Shown here: positions 1 through 11,767 of the stretch, piece by piece | How positions within the stretch are numbered: the first letter of the stretch is position 1 | How the letters are laid out: the number at the start of each line of letters is the position of its first letter | Assembly (NCBI GenBank): GCA_963734495.1 | Contig: CAVTHK010000003.1 | Coordinates: 160,001-224,000, forward strand | From: an uncultured Spirochaetota bacterium | GTDB lineage: Bacteria > Spirochaetota > Spirochaetia > SZUA-6 > CAVTHK01 | Reading direction: 5' to 3' | DNA: 64,000 nt | Notes under the pieces: model-generated | The model's input: the letters and a program-made list of their open reading frames with translations, nothing else | What the model was told of the DNA's origin: nothing | Databases searched by the model: none | Position numbers and translations under genes: made by a program

Positions 1-1243
1 GTCCGCCAGCCGGTGCTTCGGCGCCTTGTTCTCGCCTTCGATAAAGAGGCCGATCAGGCTCTGGTAGACCTTCTTGAACGGGTCCTCCTTGACCTCCTTG
101 CCCTGGGCGAAGTAGGTGGTCTGGACCTCGTCGACTTCCTTGCCTTCGTCGTTCTTGACCTTCTTGGTCTGGCGCGTCATCGAGAGCGCCATGTCCACGC
201 CGGGGCCCTGGACCCTGACCTTGTCGACGTTGTCGATGTTGACGATAAAGGCGAACTTGTCGACCAGCTTGAAGGGCTTGATGTCCAGGAAGTCCAGCCG
301 GTCGGAGCTCATGGCGTAGGCGTTGTTCTGGCCGGCCACGCGGAAGTAGACCTCCTTGCCGTCTTTCGTCTTGTCGCCGAAGTACAGGTGCAGCGTGTTC
401 TTGTCGTCCTGGAGCAAGAGCTCCGCCGACGGCGACGCGAGCCCGTAGCGCGCCCAGTCCTTGACGTTGTCCTCGACGAACTGGTCGATGGAGAACGACG
501 GGAGCTTCTGCAGCCAGTCGCTCATGGCCTGGGTGTCCGTGGCATAGGGCCTGCTGTACGGCTTGATCATGCGGTAGAGGCCCATGCTGAAGACGACCTC
601 GGAGTCGTCCTGCTCGTCCTTGGAGAGGATGTCGATCGTCGGCTCGCCCCTGCGCGCGATCAGCAGCGTCTTGATCTTCTGCGGGTCGATCGCCGGGAGC
701 TTCTTGTCGCGGAGGTCGTTGACCACCCACTGGAAATGCTCGCCGTGGTTCATCCACACCGCGTACACGGTCGGGTCGCCCTTCTTCTGCAGGTAGTAGG
801 TGTTGCCGGCCGGGGTCTGGTTGCCGAGGTACAGCTCGATCGTCGAGCCGTTCTTGAGCATACGCCGTGGCGGTCGCCACCGGCGGCTGGAGCCCGTAGA
901 CCTTGAGGTCCTTGGGCTCCTTCTCGATGATCTTTTCCGAATACAGCCGCCCGAAGGAGTACCCCAGGTCCTCGACGGCGCTCGTGTCGAGCGTCACCGG
1001 GTACGGGGTGTCCGCCTTCCAGTTGTCGCCCTGCCGGAACAGGCGCAGCTTGCCGTGCGGCGAGTCGACGTCCATCTCCTTGATGTCCGTGAGCTCGACC
1101 TTGGAGATCTCGACCTTGTCCGCGTCGTCGCTGCTCGCCGCCTGCGTGGCCTTTCCCGGCGGCTTGAGGGTGAACCAGACGGCCAGTCCGACGACGACGA
1201 CGAGCGCCCCTGTGAGGGCGACGAGCACGAGCCTCCTGTTCAT
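1..1243 (-). CDS. DUF4340-like membrane-anchored protein of the Gld-type ABC operon (3' end runs off the window; one frameshift near 850)
   Basis: Manual translation from ATG at 1243: MNRRLVLVALTGALVVVVGLAVWF (N-terminal TM), then repeated 'YGLQPP/YGLASP' and 'LYLGNQTP/LYFGDKT' units. The start overlaps the stop of the GldG-like gene. Confidence 0.7.
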   Translation of the reverse strand, partial: MNRRLVLVALTGALVVVVGLAVWFTLKPPGKATQAASSDDADKVEISKVELTDIKEMDVDSPHGKLRLFRQGDNWKADTPYPVTLDTSAVEDLGYSFGRLYSEKIIEKEPKDLKVYGLQPPVATATAYAQERLDDRAVPRQPDPGRQHLLPAEEGRPDRVRGVDEPRRAFPVGGQRPPRQEAPGDRPAEDQDAADRAQGRADDRHPLQGRAGRLRGRLQHGPLPHDQAVQQALCHGHPGHERLAAEAPVVLHRPVRRGQRQGLGALRARVAVGGALAPGRQEHAAPVLRRQDERRQGGLLPRGRPEQRLRHELRPAGLPGHQALQAGRQVRLYRQHRQRRQGQGPGPRRGHGALDDAPDQEGQERRRQGSRRGPDHLLRPGQGGQGGPVQEGLPEPDRPLYRRREQGAEAPAGG

Positions 1244-2706
1244 AGGTGGCGCCTCCTCAGCCAGATGACGAGCCCGCTGCCGAGCACGAGCACGGGCACC
1301 AGGATGACCGCGATGCCCGCGAAGAGAAAGAACTGGAGCTGGTTCATCCGCAGGGGGAGCTGGATCAGGCTCTTGGCCCGTATGGAGATGAGCTCCTTCT
1401 GGCCCTCCAGCCAGCTCAGGGAGTTCAGCACGAAGTCGCTGTTGCCGGGGCCGGTGAGGGGCAGCCCGAAGGCCCGGTCGGGGTAAAGCACGTAGGAGCT
1501 GCCCCCGACGACCAGCCGGCTCTCGATGCTGCTGTCCCGCTCGTCCTTGTCGGTGACCGCGACGACCAGGTTGAAGGGCCCTTTCCGGTCGGCGAGCGTC
1601 TGCTCGTTGCTCTGGCTCTTGAGATCGACTTTGCCCCACGCGCGGTCGCTCGTGGTGAGCACGGGCTCGATCGTGATGGTCCGCCGCTTCGTGTCCAGCT
1701 CCCTGATCGCCTGCGAGCGCGGGAAGAGCACGGGCAGGTCGCTGCTCCGCAGGCTGCTGGTGATGGCGTGATAGCTCATCTGGGGCACGAGGCCGATCGG
1801 CACCTGCGGCACGTGGAAGCTCGGGTCACGCTCGACGACGAGCACGGGGTCGATGGCGACCCCGTAGGTTCTCAGGATCGAGTCGAAGTTCGGGAGGCTC
1901 TTGACCTCCGGGTTCAGATCCATCAGGAAGAGGCCGTTCTTGTGACGGTCGACGAGGAACTCGCGCACCTTCTGCTCCTCGCTCGCCGTGAGGTCGCGCC
2001 GGGGCCCGATGACCACCAGGGTGTCGGCGTCGTCGGGAACCTTGGGCGCCGTGAGCAGGTTGAGGTCGTTGACCACGTAGTTCTCGCCGCGGAGCTGGTC
2101 GCGGAGCTCGAACGGGAAGGTCTGCTCGTCCTGGCCCTGCAGCACGTACACCGTCGGCTGCTTGGCGCTGGTGACGGCAAGGAGGGCGCCGGTCAGCTTC
2201 TGCTCGATCTTGACCGACTGCGCGTAGCGCTGGCCGAACGGGTCGCCTCCCTGCGGCTCGGAGTAGTTGAAGAAGTCGTACTGGGCGATGACCTGGAAGC
2301 GCGTGCCGTTCTCGATGATGATGCTGTTCGCGCCGGGGTCCTTGCCCTCCACCTTGTACTTGGCCAGCAGCCCCGGGTTGCGGTACGGGTCGATGTTCTT
2401 GACGTGGATGTGCTTGCTCTTGAGCCTGTACTTGTCGAGGATCTGCTGGGCGAACTGCATCTCCTTGCCGGTCTCGAAGAGCGTGTAGACGTTCACGTCC
2501 TGCTTGAGCCCGTCGAGCACCTTGACCGTCTGGTCCGAGAGCGTGAACAGCTTGCTCTCGGTGAGGTCCGCCTTGGCCGGGATCTGGTCGACGACGATGT
2601 TCACGGCGACGAGGAGTGCGATCACGATGAACGAGACCAGCGCGGCGTAGCCGCCGTACTTGAACTTCGGATTTCTGAACGATTGAAGGATCTTTCCCAG
2701 ATTCAT
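1240..2706 (-). CDS. GldG-family ABC transporter auxiliary component
   Basis: N-terminal TM, DLTESKLFTLSDQT, IDPYRNP, GQDE, GPRRDL and NSDFVLNSLSWL motifs, and a C-terminal TM ending WLRRR. Probable start is ATG 2706, with an AGGAGG RBS. Confidence 0.85.
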   Translation of the reverse strand: MNLGKILQSFRNPKFKYGGYAALVSFIVIALLVAVNIVVDQIPAKADLTESKLFTLSDQTVKVLDGLKQDVNVYTLFETGKEMQFAQQILDKYRLKSKHIHVKNIDPYRNPGLLAKYKVEGKDPGANSIIIENGTRFQVIAQYDFFNYSEPQGGDPFGQRYAQSVKIEQKLTGALLAVTSAKQPTVYVLQGQDEQTFPFELRDQLRGENYVVNDLNLLTAPKVPDDADTLVVIGPRRDLTASEEQKVREFLVDRHKNGLFLMDLNPEVKSLPNFDSILRTYGVAIDPVLVVERDPSFHVPQVPIGLVPQMSYHAITSSLRSSDLPVLFPRSQAIRELDTKRRTITIEPVLTTSDRAWGKVDLKSQSNEQTLADRKGPFNLVVAVTDKDERDSSIESRLVVGGSSYVLYPDRAFGLPLTGPGNSDFVLNSLSWLEGQKELISIRAKSLIQLPLRMNQLQFFLFAGIAVILVPVLVLGSGLVIWLRRRHL

Positions 2707-2820
2707 GGCGCGCCTCCTACTGACTGTCGAACGCTCTGCATGCCGCCGCCCCCGCCGCCGCACGGTGTCCGGGCGTGCTCTGACCCGGCGTACTCGCCGG
2801 GCTGGAGGACCGCGGCCGAC

Positions 2821-3694
2821 CTACTGCCACCGACGCTTCTCGATGACGCGCACGGTGAGGAACACGAAGACCGCGGAGAAGCTCAGGTAGTACACGACGG
2901 GGCTCAGGCCGAGGATGCCGAGGCTGAAGTCCTGGTAGCGCGCGAGCAGCGAGAACCACTTGAGCACCTTGACGATGAAGCCGTCGAAGTTGGCGGCCTT
3001 GGCCCCGATGACGAACCAGAACAGGGCGATCACGCCGGCGCCGACGACGGCGGTGGCCGCCGAGACGATCCAGTTGCGCACCGTGAAGTAGAGGAACACC
3101 GCCACGCCGAGGATCAGCAGGCCGGCGAACGCGGCGCCCGAGAGGGAGTCGGACGGCAGGCCCTGCTGCAGGGCGTCGAGGATCCACATGATCAGCAGCG
3201 CGGCAAAGGTCACGACGGCCGCGATCACCTGGTTGTCCGTCAGCGACGAGACAAAGAGCCCGACGGCGATGAATGCGCTGCCCAGCAGGAAGAAGCCGAT
3301 GTAGCCCCCGACGACCTCGCTCACGACCACGCTGCCGACGAGCGAGATGCAGGATCGGGTAGAGGAACGTCACCACCAGCGTGAGCAGGAACACCGCGAG
3401 GGCCGCGAGGTACTTGCCGATCACCATGCCGGTGAGCGACAGCGGGCTGGTGAGCAGGAGCTGGTCGGTCTTCTGCCGCGCCTCCTCGGAGAGCAGGCGC
3501 ATGGTGAGGATCGGCACGACGATCAGGAAGATGAAGGTGATCGTGCCGAGCAGCCCGTTGTAGTTCGGGCTCTGCGGGATCAGGTTGTTGAACACGAAGA
3601 AGATGCCCGTCAGCAGCAGGAAGAACCCCATGAAGACGAAGCCGGTGATGTTCTCGAAGTAGCTCTTGAGCTCCCTCAGGAAGACCGCGATCAT
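2821..3694 (-). CDS. GldF-like ABC-2 permease (frameshift near 3340)
   Basis: MIAVFLRELKSYF...PILTMRLLSEEARQKTDQLLLTSP...GKYLA, continuing in ORF 2821..3330 (SSLTDNQVIAA). Confidence 0.85.
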
Positions 3695-4681
3695 TGCGAG
3701 ACCTCCCCGTTCTGGCCGTCGCGCGCCCGGGCGCCTGGCCGGGCTCGTCGGTGGTGAGCTGGATAAAGATGTCCTCCAGGCTGACGTCGCTCGAGCGCAT
3801 CATGAGGATCGGGCAGTCCGCCTTGGCCATGGCGTAGAAGACCGGCCTGCGGACGTCCTCCTCTGGCGCCGGACTCGACGTAGATGTCGGTGCTGCCCTC
3901 TTCGCGGCTGCCGAGGCTCTCGGCGCTCGTGACCGAGGGCACGGCGCGGATCGCCGACGAGCGCCCGCGCCTCGGACCCGGCGACGCGGACGGTGAGCTT
4001 GTGCCCGCCGCTCATGTCGGCCGACAGCTTGTCGATCGAGTCGCTCGCCACGATGCGGCCGCGGTGGATGATGATCACCCGCTCGCAGACCGCGGTGACC
4101 TCGGGCAGGATGTGCGAGCTCAGCACGATCGTGTGCTCCTTGCCGAGCTCCTTGATGAGGTTGCGGATCTCGATGATCTGCCTCGGGTCGAGGCCGATCG
4201 TCGGCTCGTCCAGGATCAGGACCGGCGGGTTGCCGACGAGGGCCTGGGCGAGCCCCACCCTCTGGCGGTAGCCCTTGGACAGGTTCTTGATCAGCCGGTC
4301 CTTGTGGTCGAGGATCTTGACGGTGTCCATGATCGCCGCCCAGGGCAGTCCCTGCGTCCCTTGCGGGCGACCTTCTTGATGTTGGCGACGAAGCCGAGGT
4401 ACTCGCCGACTGTCATCTCGAGGTACAGCGGCGGCTGCTCCGGCAGGTAGCCGATCTGCTTCTTGACCTCCATCGGCTCCTCGAGCACGTCCTTGCCGCC
4501 GACGCGTGACGTTGCCCTCGGTGGCGGAGATGTACCCGGTGACGATGTTCATCGTCGTGGACTTGCCGGCGCCGTTGGGGCCGAGGAACCCGACGATCTC
4601 GCCTTTCTCGATGCCGAAGCTCAGGTGGTCTATGGCCGTGTGCTGACCGTAGCGCTTGGTTAGGTTTTTGACCTCTATCAA
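3691..4681 (-). CDS. GldA-like ABC transporter ATP-binding protein (several frameshifts)
   Basis: Walker A GPNGAGKST, signature LSKGYRQRVG, Walker B LILDEPT, SSHIL; C-terminal SLEDIFIQLT. Probable TTG start at 4681. Confidence 0.85.
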
Positions 4682-4941
4682 GGGTCCCTCCTCGCGCGCG
4701 GAGCGGTTCGTGAGCACGGTTCCCGCCCTGGCGCGGCCCCGGGTGAGGGCCGGAACCGGCCGTGAGCCTACACGATAGTGTTCCTGGAGTTCAAGCCGAC
4801 GCTCGAGGTTCCGGGCCGCGATCCGCCAAGGTCGCGGTCGCATCCCTTTCCCTGATCGCAAGATAATGCGGGCGGCCGGGAGGCGACAACCGCGCAGTGC
4901 GCGTCGAGCGCCGCCGCGACCGGTACGGCGGCGGCGGGGCG

Positions 4942-6892
4942 TCAGCTCGACAGCCCGAGCTTCGCGTCCACCTTCGCCTTGGTCACCGCGAGCACTTCGC
5001 CCGTCTCCACGCGCACCAGCTTGAGGAACAGCTCGAAGCTGTCGCGCCTGCGGTAGAGCGTGCCCGAGAGCAGCACTTCGGCGCCGAGGAGCCTGCCGAC
5101 GCGCGCCGCGTTGGCCTCGTCGGCCAGGCCGGAGAGCTGGAGCTCGAGCTCGGCGAGGATCTTCTGCAGGTCCTTGCGCTCGACCAGTCGTAAAGGTCTT
5201 GTTCCGCGACAGCGCCTGAGTCAGCGAATCGGTAGAAGTACTCCGCGTCGAGCTTGAGTCCCTCGGGGGTCGGCACGAGCGGCACGGCGGCCGCCCGCGT
5301 GCCCGCGGCGATGCGCACGCTGGAGTAGTCGACGAGCTGGGAGAGGGCCATCTCGAAGAGCTTGCCGAGCGTGTCGCCCTTGCTCTCGTCCGCGACGCGG
5401 TCGGCCTGGAAATAGTCCTCTCCCTGGTCCAGCGGCTGGTCGGTCAGGTACGCCAGCTCTTCCCTGGCGAAGCGGATGATGATCGCCTCGAGCTTGTCGG
5501 TCTGGAAGTTGGCGCCGGTGTGGTGGCTGACGCTGCCGGGCGTGCCGCCTTCACTTTCGTCCTTTCTCGCCGTAGGTGAGGAAGATGTACTTGCCGTAGG
5601 TGTACTGGGCCACCTGGCGCAGGAGCAGCTCGCCTTCGAGCGGGAGCCCTCCGGTGCCGACGCTGAAGAACTTGATGCCGAGCCGCCGCGCGTCGTGGAC
5701 CGCGTCGACGTAGGTGTAGGCGGGCCTGTACTCGTCGAGGTGCGCGGGCGCGTCCGTGATGACAAAGGCGAGCCGGATGCCGTCGGGGCTCCACTGGACG
5801 CCCCTGATCGCCCGGCCGAGCGCGGCCTCGAGGTCCTCGGGCGTGTCGCCGCCGCCGTCGGCCTCGACCCTGGCGAGGGCCGCCTGGAACTGCGCGAGGT
5901 CCTCCGTGAAGGGCACGACACGGGTGCGGTACTCGTCGCCGCGGTCCTTGTACAGCACCATCCCGAAGCGCACGCGGGGCTTCGACGCGAGGCTCGCAGG
6001 TTCAGGTTGATGAGCTCGATGGTGGTCTTGAGGCGCTCGATCTCCTCGCCCATGCTCCCGGTCGTGTCCAGCACGAAGAGGATGTCCAGCGGCACGTTCT
6101 GGAAGCGCGACGCGGGGCCGGTCGAAGGCGACCGTGACCGTCCGCGGGCCGCGCCGGTCGATGTCGACCCCGAGCGTGCGTGCGGCTCGAGGTCACCTCG
6201 GCGCGGTAGGCAGCGAGCCTCGCGTCGTGCTCGAGAGGGAAGAAGAGGAAGGTCCCGTCGGCGTACGTGAGCCCCTCGGCGAGAAGGGCGCCGCCGCCGT
6301 TGACGCGCACCTGCGCGTTCGGGACGCTCTTGCCGTTGGCATCCGTGACCTTGAGCACGATCCGCTCGCCGATGGGGATGTCGCGGTGCTCGACGCTCCT
6401 TCGCCGTACTTGTCCAGGAACTGCACGAAGTAGTTGAACTGCTTGTTGTCGTCCGCGAACCCGGCCTTGAGGCCCGAAGCGGCCGGCGCGGCGGCCGCGG
6501 CGGCGCGCGCGGCCCGGGGCGTGCGACGCGAGCCGGCGACGGGGCAGGCGCGGTCGCCGGCGGCAGCGCGGCGGCGCGGCCGCCGCCGTCCTTGGCAGGC
6601 TTTTCAGTCAGCTCGAGAGTCGGCTTTCCGGGAGCCCGTGTCGGCGCCCCGGGTCCGGCGGCTGGCCCGGCGCCTCGGCCGCGGGCTCCGCGGGCTTCGG
6701 CGCGGGCTTCGCGCGCGGCGCCGGTGCTCGGGGCCGGGGCGCCGCCTTGCCGGCGTCGCCGGCCGGCGCCCTGGCCGCCTCCGGCGCGCCCGCGCAGGCC
6801 GCGAGCACGAGCGCGGCGCCGATCGCCACGGCGCAGACGATCGCGAGGCGGGTTGCCTTCTTTACCTCCTTGACCTCCGTCTTCGATCCCAA
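4942..6892 (-). CDS. VWA-domain lipoprotein with an Ala/Pro-rich linker and a C-terminal CsgG/FlgO-like domain (frameshifted)
   Basis: Lipobox LVLAAC; MIDAS LDTTGSM; GGGDTPED; ITDAPAH; C-terminus LQKILAELELQLSGLADEANAARVGRLLGAEVLLSG...LVRVETGEVL, ending TGA at 4942. Confidence 0.7.
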
Positions 6893-6919
6893 GCCCCGAG
6901 TCGGGGCCCACGGCGCAAG

Positions 6920-8048
6920 CTACGGAGCGAAGTTGCGCCGCTCGCGCTCCGGGTTCTCGCGCTCGTACTCCCGGGCGATCGTCGCAGGCGCCCCGGTAGA
7001 AGTCGCCCCAGAGATCACGCCTGTGCGCGCGAGGGTCTCGAGCGCGTTGATCACGATCTCTCCGGTCGCCGGCGAGCGGTTGTGGTAGGCGGGCACGAGG
7101 TCGACTTTCGCGACCGACGGCCCCGGATTGCCCGGCCGCACCACCGCCTGGAAGACCATCGAATCGCCGGTGCGGGCCCACATCCCGTCGGGGTCGCCGC
7201 GGCTGCGCGCGCACGCTCTGGCCGGCGAGAAAGTTGCCGGCCGAGTAGATGATCAGCCGGCGCTCGCCCGCGCTGTCGACCATCTCGCAGGGCTGCAGCA
7301 CGTGGGGGTGATGCCCGTAGACGATGTGCGCGCCCGCGTCGAGCAGGGCGTGGAAGAACCTCTTCTTGGCCGGCGCGGGCTCGGAGACGTACTCGCTGTC
7401 GCCGTGGTAGGAGACGATGAAGAGGTCGTACTGCGGGGCGACGGCCCGCACCTCCTCGAGGAACGCCGCGACCTGGGCCTCGTCGTTGTAGTCGACGACC
7501 GGGAGCAGCGGCTCGGTGACCCATTCGTTGGAGAACTGCGTGACCGCGAGGTAGCCGACGCGCCAGCCCTTGACCCTGATCTCGGCCGGGGCGAACGGGT
7601 CGGCCGCGGCGGGGCGCAGGCCGCTGTATGCCACGGTGCGTCCGCGGCCGGCCGCCTCGCGCGCCAGCGCCTCGAGCGACCGGAGGGTCGCGCGCACTCC
7701 CGCGGGGCCGTAGTCGAAGCTGTGGTTGTTCGCCAGGGAGAACACGTCGACCCCCGCGTCGATCGCGGCGCGCACGTAGTCGGGGTGGTTGTTGAAGCGC
7801 GGGTAGGTCGCGCGCGGGCAGCGCCGGATCGACGACCATCTCGAGGTTGGCGAACGTGAGGTCGTCGGCGAGGAAGAGGTCGCGGATGCCGTCGTAGATC
7901 CGGTCGTAGTCCGCCATCTCGTAGTTGACGTTGTGCGCCATGAGGTCGCCCACGAACGAGAGCCGCAGAGGCTCCGGAGGGCGCGGCCCAGGCGGGCCCC
8001 GCGAGGAGGAGCAGCAGACGCAGAGAGGACCAGGCCCGATCGCTTCAT
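6920..8048 (-). CDS. CapA (PGA_cap) family metallophosphoesterase-like protein (frameshifted)
   Basis: FVGDLMAH, FANLE, SLANNHSFDYG, SYHGDSEY, GHHPHVLQ and IYSAGNF motifs. Confidence 0.85.
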
Positions 8049-8138
8049 GACTCGTCCAGAGTATACCCGCGGCGGGACGCGCCTTTCCACGCGCCGGCCC
8101 GGAGTGCCCGGAGTGCGCGCGCGGCGGGCGCTCGCCCT

Positions 8139-8969
8139 TCACTTTCTCGTTTCGGCTTTCTTCTGCGCGGCAGCGAGCCTCACCGCGATGCAGTCATACG
8201 ACGAGACGGTCGGCGCGAAGGACGAAACCGAACGCGGGATGATCCGCAGTCCGGCCGTGTCGAACGGGAGGCGGCCGGCAAGCGCGGAACCGAGGTCGGC
8301 GGCGGCCTCGATGCGCGCGTGACGTCCCTGTCCTGCGCGAGCACGATCGGCCTGGCGCCGGGGAGCAGGACGATGGAAAGCGGGAACGAGGCTGAGGGAC
8401 GCGAGCAGGTCGGCGGGGAGGCGCTTCGGCGAGCGGGGGCGGCGGCCTGTCTTGCCTCGAGCTGGATCATGCGCGCCTTGACATCGGGAAGGGCGCTCTC
8501 CGTGGCCGCGGCCAGCAGGTCGACGAGCCGGTTTCTCGCCTCGGCGAGGCTCTTCGCGCTGGAGAGCTCGCTCAGGGCCGGGTTCCCGTGGATCGCCCTC
8601 GCGAGGGCGGAGATTTCGCGCAGGTAGGCGTTCTTCTGGGAATCCGGGATGTAGTGCATCACGACGATGCGCACCGGCTTGCCGTCGGGCGACCCGTAGT
8701 CGATGCCCGTCGGGCTCCAGCCGATGGCGCACAGCAGATCGCCTTCGCCCGAGACGCGGCCGTGCGGGCAGGCCCAGCCGAGCGTGATGCCCGTGTTCGC
8801 CGCCCGCTCGCGGGCCATGACGGCGGCGTTGAAGTCGAACCCCGTCCTGAAATCGGGGACCGCCTCGATGAGGGTTCCCAGGTATTGAAGGCTCTTCTCC
8901 TTGTCCGCCTCGGGCAGCTCGATGAGCCTTCCTTCCTGCAGCGCGTCCAGCAGGCTCTTCAGGCCGCAT
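8139..8969 (-). CDS. PTS EIIA (Ntr/Fru-type) domain protein with a C-terminal extension (frameshifted)
   Basis: ARERAANTGITLGWACPHGR (phospho-His motif) and GIDYGSPDGKPVRIV. Confidence 0.75.
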   Translation of the reverse strand: MRPEEPAGRAAGRKAHRAARGGQGEEPSIPGNPHRGGPRFQDGVRLQRRRHGPRAGGEHGHHARLGLPARPRLGRRRSAVRHRLEPDGHRLRVARRQAGAHRRDALHPGFPEERLPARNLRPREGDPREPGPERALQREEPRRGEKPARRPAGRGHGERPSRCQGAHDPARGKTGRRPRSPKRLPADLLASLSLVPAFHRPAPRRQADRARAGQGRHARIEAAADLGSALAGRLPFDTAGLRIIPRSVSSFAPTVSSYDCIAVRLAAAQKKAETRK

Positions 8970-9037
8970 CCCCTGCGCCGGGCCGCTCGAGGCCAGGCGG
9001 GGGGCGCGCCCGCGGCCGTGCGGCCATCATCCGGTCG

Positions 9038-11669
9038 TCACTCCACGCCGAACCGCCGGAAGAACCGGCTCTTCACGACATGGGTGAGCGCGCAGTAGGC
9101 GACGAGGAAGGCGGCGATCCACGCCCAGTAGGCGGCGGGCAGGGCCACCAGGCCGAGGGCGGAAGCCAGCGGCCCATACGGAAGCGCGACGGCAACCGCC
9201 ATGATGCAGCAACGTGAAGAACGTCATGGTCGGGCTCGCCCGGCTCTGCACAAAGGGAACCTTCCTGGTGCGGATGACGTGGACGATCAACGTCTGCGTC
9301 AGGATCGATTCCACGAACCAGCCGGTGTGGAAGAGGGCCTCGTAGTAGGAACGGTCCCCCGGGCTTGCCGCCGGCGAAAGATACCGGGCGCACCCGAAGA
9401 CGAAGAGCATGAGGAGGAACGTGGCGTAGTCGAACAGGGAGCTGATGGGGCCGACGATCGTCATGAACCTGCGGATGTTGCCGATGTTCCACTTGCGCGG
9501 CACCCGCGTGAACTCTTCGTCCACCCGGTCCGTCGGGATGCCGATCTGCGACACGTCGTAGAGGAGGTTGTTGGCGAGCACCTGGATCGGCAGCATCGGC
9601 AGAAAGGGGAGGAAGAGGCTTCCCCCGAGCACGCTGAACATGTTGCCGAAATTGGAGCTCGCTCCCATGCGGATGTACTTGACGATGTTCGCGAACACGC
9701 GGCGGCCTTCGATGATGCCGTCGTCGAGCACGAGCAGGCTCTTTTCCAGCAGCACGATGTCGGCCGCCTCCTTGGCGACGTCGACGGCCGTGTCGACCGA
9801 GATCCCCACGTCCGCTTTCTTGAGCGCCGGCGCGTCGTTGATGCCGTCGCCGAGGAACCCCACGACGTGCCCCTTGGACTGCAGCGCCTGGATGACCTGC
9901 TCTTTCTGCAGCGGCGAAAGCCGCACGAGGATGTTGGCTCTTTCCACGGTCCGGCCGACCTCCTCGGCGGAAAGCGCTTCGAGCTGCGGCCCCGTGAGGA
10001 CGTTCTGCGCGTCGATGCCCACGTCCCTGCACACCTTGCGCGTGACGAGCTCGCTGTCGCCCGTCAGGATCTTGACGCTCACCCCCGCGGCCTCGAGCAG
10101 CCCGACGGCCTGGCGGGTCGACTCCTTGGGCGGATCGAGAAAGGCGATGTATCCCAGGAGGATCAGGCCGTTCTCGTCCGCCGCCGCAAAGGTCGTCTTG
10201 TCCCTCGGGAACTCGCGGTAGGCGATGGCGAGCACGCGGTAGCCGTCCGCGCTGAGCGCCTCGTAGTCCTCGAGGACGTCCTGCTTGACGACGTCGATCA
10301 TGGGGAGGATGTCCCCCTCCACCTGGTAGGAGGCGCAGACCTTGAACACCTCGTCGACCGCCCCCTTGCAGATCAGCACGTGATCGCCCTCGTACTCCAC
10401 GACGACGGACATGCGCCTGCGGGTAAAGTCGAAGGGGATCTCGTCGACCTTGCGGGCCCGCTGCTCCACCTCGAACTCAGTGTGGGCCAGGATGGCCCGG
10501 TCCAGCAGGTTGCGCAGGCCCGTCTGGTAGAAGCTGTTCATGTACGCGTAACGCAGGACCTCGTCGCTCTCCTTGCCCGACACGTCGACGTATTTTTCGA
10601 GGATGACCCTGTCCTGGGTGAGGGTGCCGGTCTTGTCGGTGCACAGGATGTCGACCGCCCCGAAATTCTGGATCGAAGGCAGACGCTTCACGATGACCTT
10701 GCGCTTCGACATCGCCATGGCGCCCTTGGAAAGATTGACCGCCACGATCATCGGGAGCATCTCCGGGGTGAGCCCCACGGCCACGGCGAGGCCGAAGAGC
10801 AGCGCATCGAGCCAGTCGTGCTTGGTGAGCCCGATGATGAAGAACACCAGCGTCACCATCACCACCATGAAACGGATCATGAGCCACGTGAATCCCGCGA
10901 TGCCCTTGTCGAAGCTCGTCTGCGTCCGGCGGCCCGCGAGCCTGCGGGTGATGGCGCCGAAGTACGTGCGGCCGCCCGTGGTGATCACGACGCCGCGCGC
11001 GCTGCCCGAGAGGACGTTGGTCCCCTGGAAGCACGCGCTGGGCAGCTCCAGCGCGGCGCCGTTTCCGCTTCCCGAGCCCGCGGGGCCGGCGCCGGCCGCG
11101 GTCTTCTCCACCGGCATCGATTCGCCGGTGAGGGCGCTCTGGCTGACGAAGAAGTCCTTGGCGGACAGAAGGCGGATGTCCGCCGGCACCACGGAGCCGG
11201 CGTCGAGTGCTACGACGTCTCCGGGCACGACGGCGGCGAGCGCGACCTCGGTCTCCCTGCCGTCGCGAAGAACGTTGACCGTGGTGCGCACCATGGCCTG
11301 CAGGCGCTCGACCGACCGTCCGGACCGTTCTTCCTGGATCGAGGAGAGGCCGACGCTGATGAGCAGCAGGGAGCCGACGACGACGGTCGACCGCAGGTCG
11401 CTCATCAGGAACGACACCCCCGCGATGACCAGCAGCTGGACCACGAGCGGATTGGCAAACCGATGCCACGCGCGGACGAGGGCGCCGGTGCTGCCGGCCA
11501 CGACCTCGTTGGCGCCGAACTGCCTGAGCCGGGCTTCGGCCTCTTCTTCGGTCAGGCCCCCGTCCCTGCTCGAGAGGCGGTCGAGGCAGTCTTCGGGCGA
11601 AAGCGAGCACGCCTGGCTGAGGGTCAGCTCCCCGTCGAAAGTCGTCGCCGGCGCCGCCAGGGTCGTCAT
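9038..11669 (-). CDS. mgtA: Magnesium-translocating P-type ATPase (frameshift near 9205)
   Basis: TGES, GLTPEMLP, DKTGTLT, GDGIND, ASSNFGN, NLLYD and TGWFVES are diagnostic of MgtA/MgtB. GGGAGG RBS before ATG 11669; stop TGA at 9038. Confidence 0.93.
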
Positions 11670-11684
11670 GAGCCTCCCATCAGC

Positions 11685-11714
11685 ATGATACGGTGCGCGG
11701 GGGCCGGCAGACAA
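11685..11714 (-). promoter_or_regulatory. Putative sigma70 promoter of mgtA
   Basis: Minus strand TTGTCT-N18-TATCAT, 15 nt upstream of the ATG. Confidence 0.4.
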
Positions 11715-11767
11715 ATTCGCGGGGCTCCGCGGGCTGCCGGAGGCCGCGGGGAGGGGGCCCCAAGCGA

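Noticed and set aside
1-4681. Gliding motility/T9SS machinery inferred from GldAFG-like genes
   Set aside because: GldA/F/G homologues are widespread in non-gliding bacteria, and no gldK-N or spr genes are in the window.
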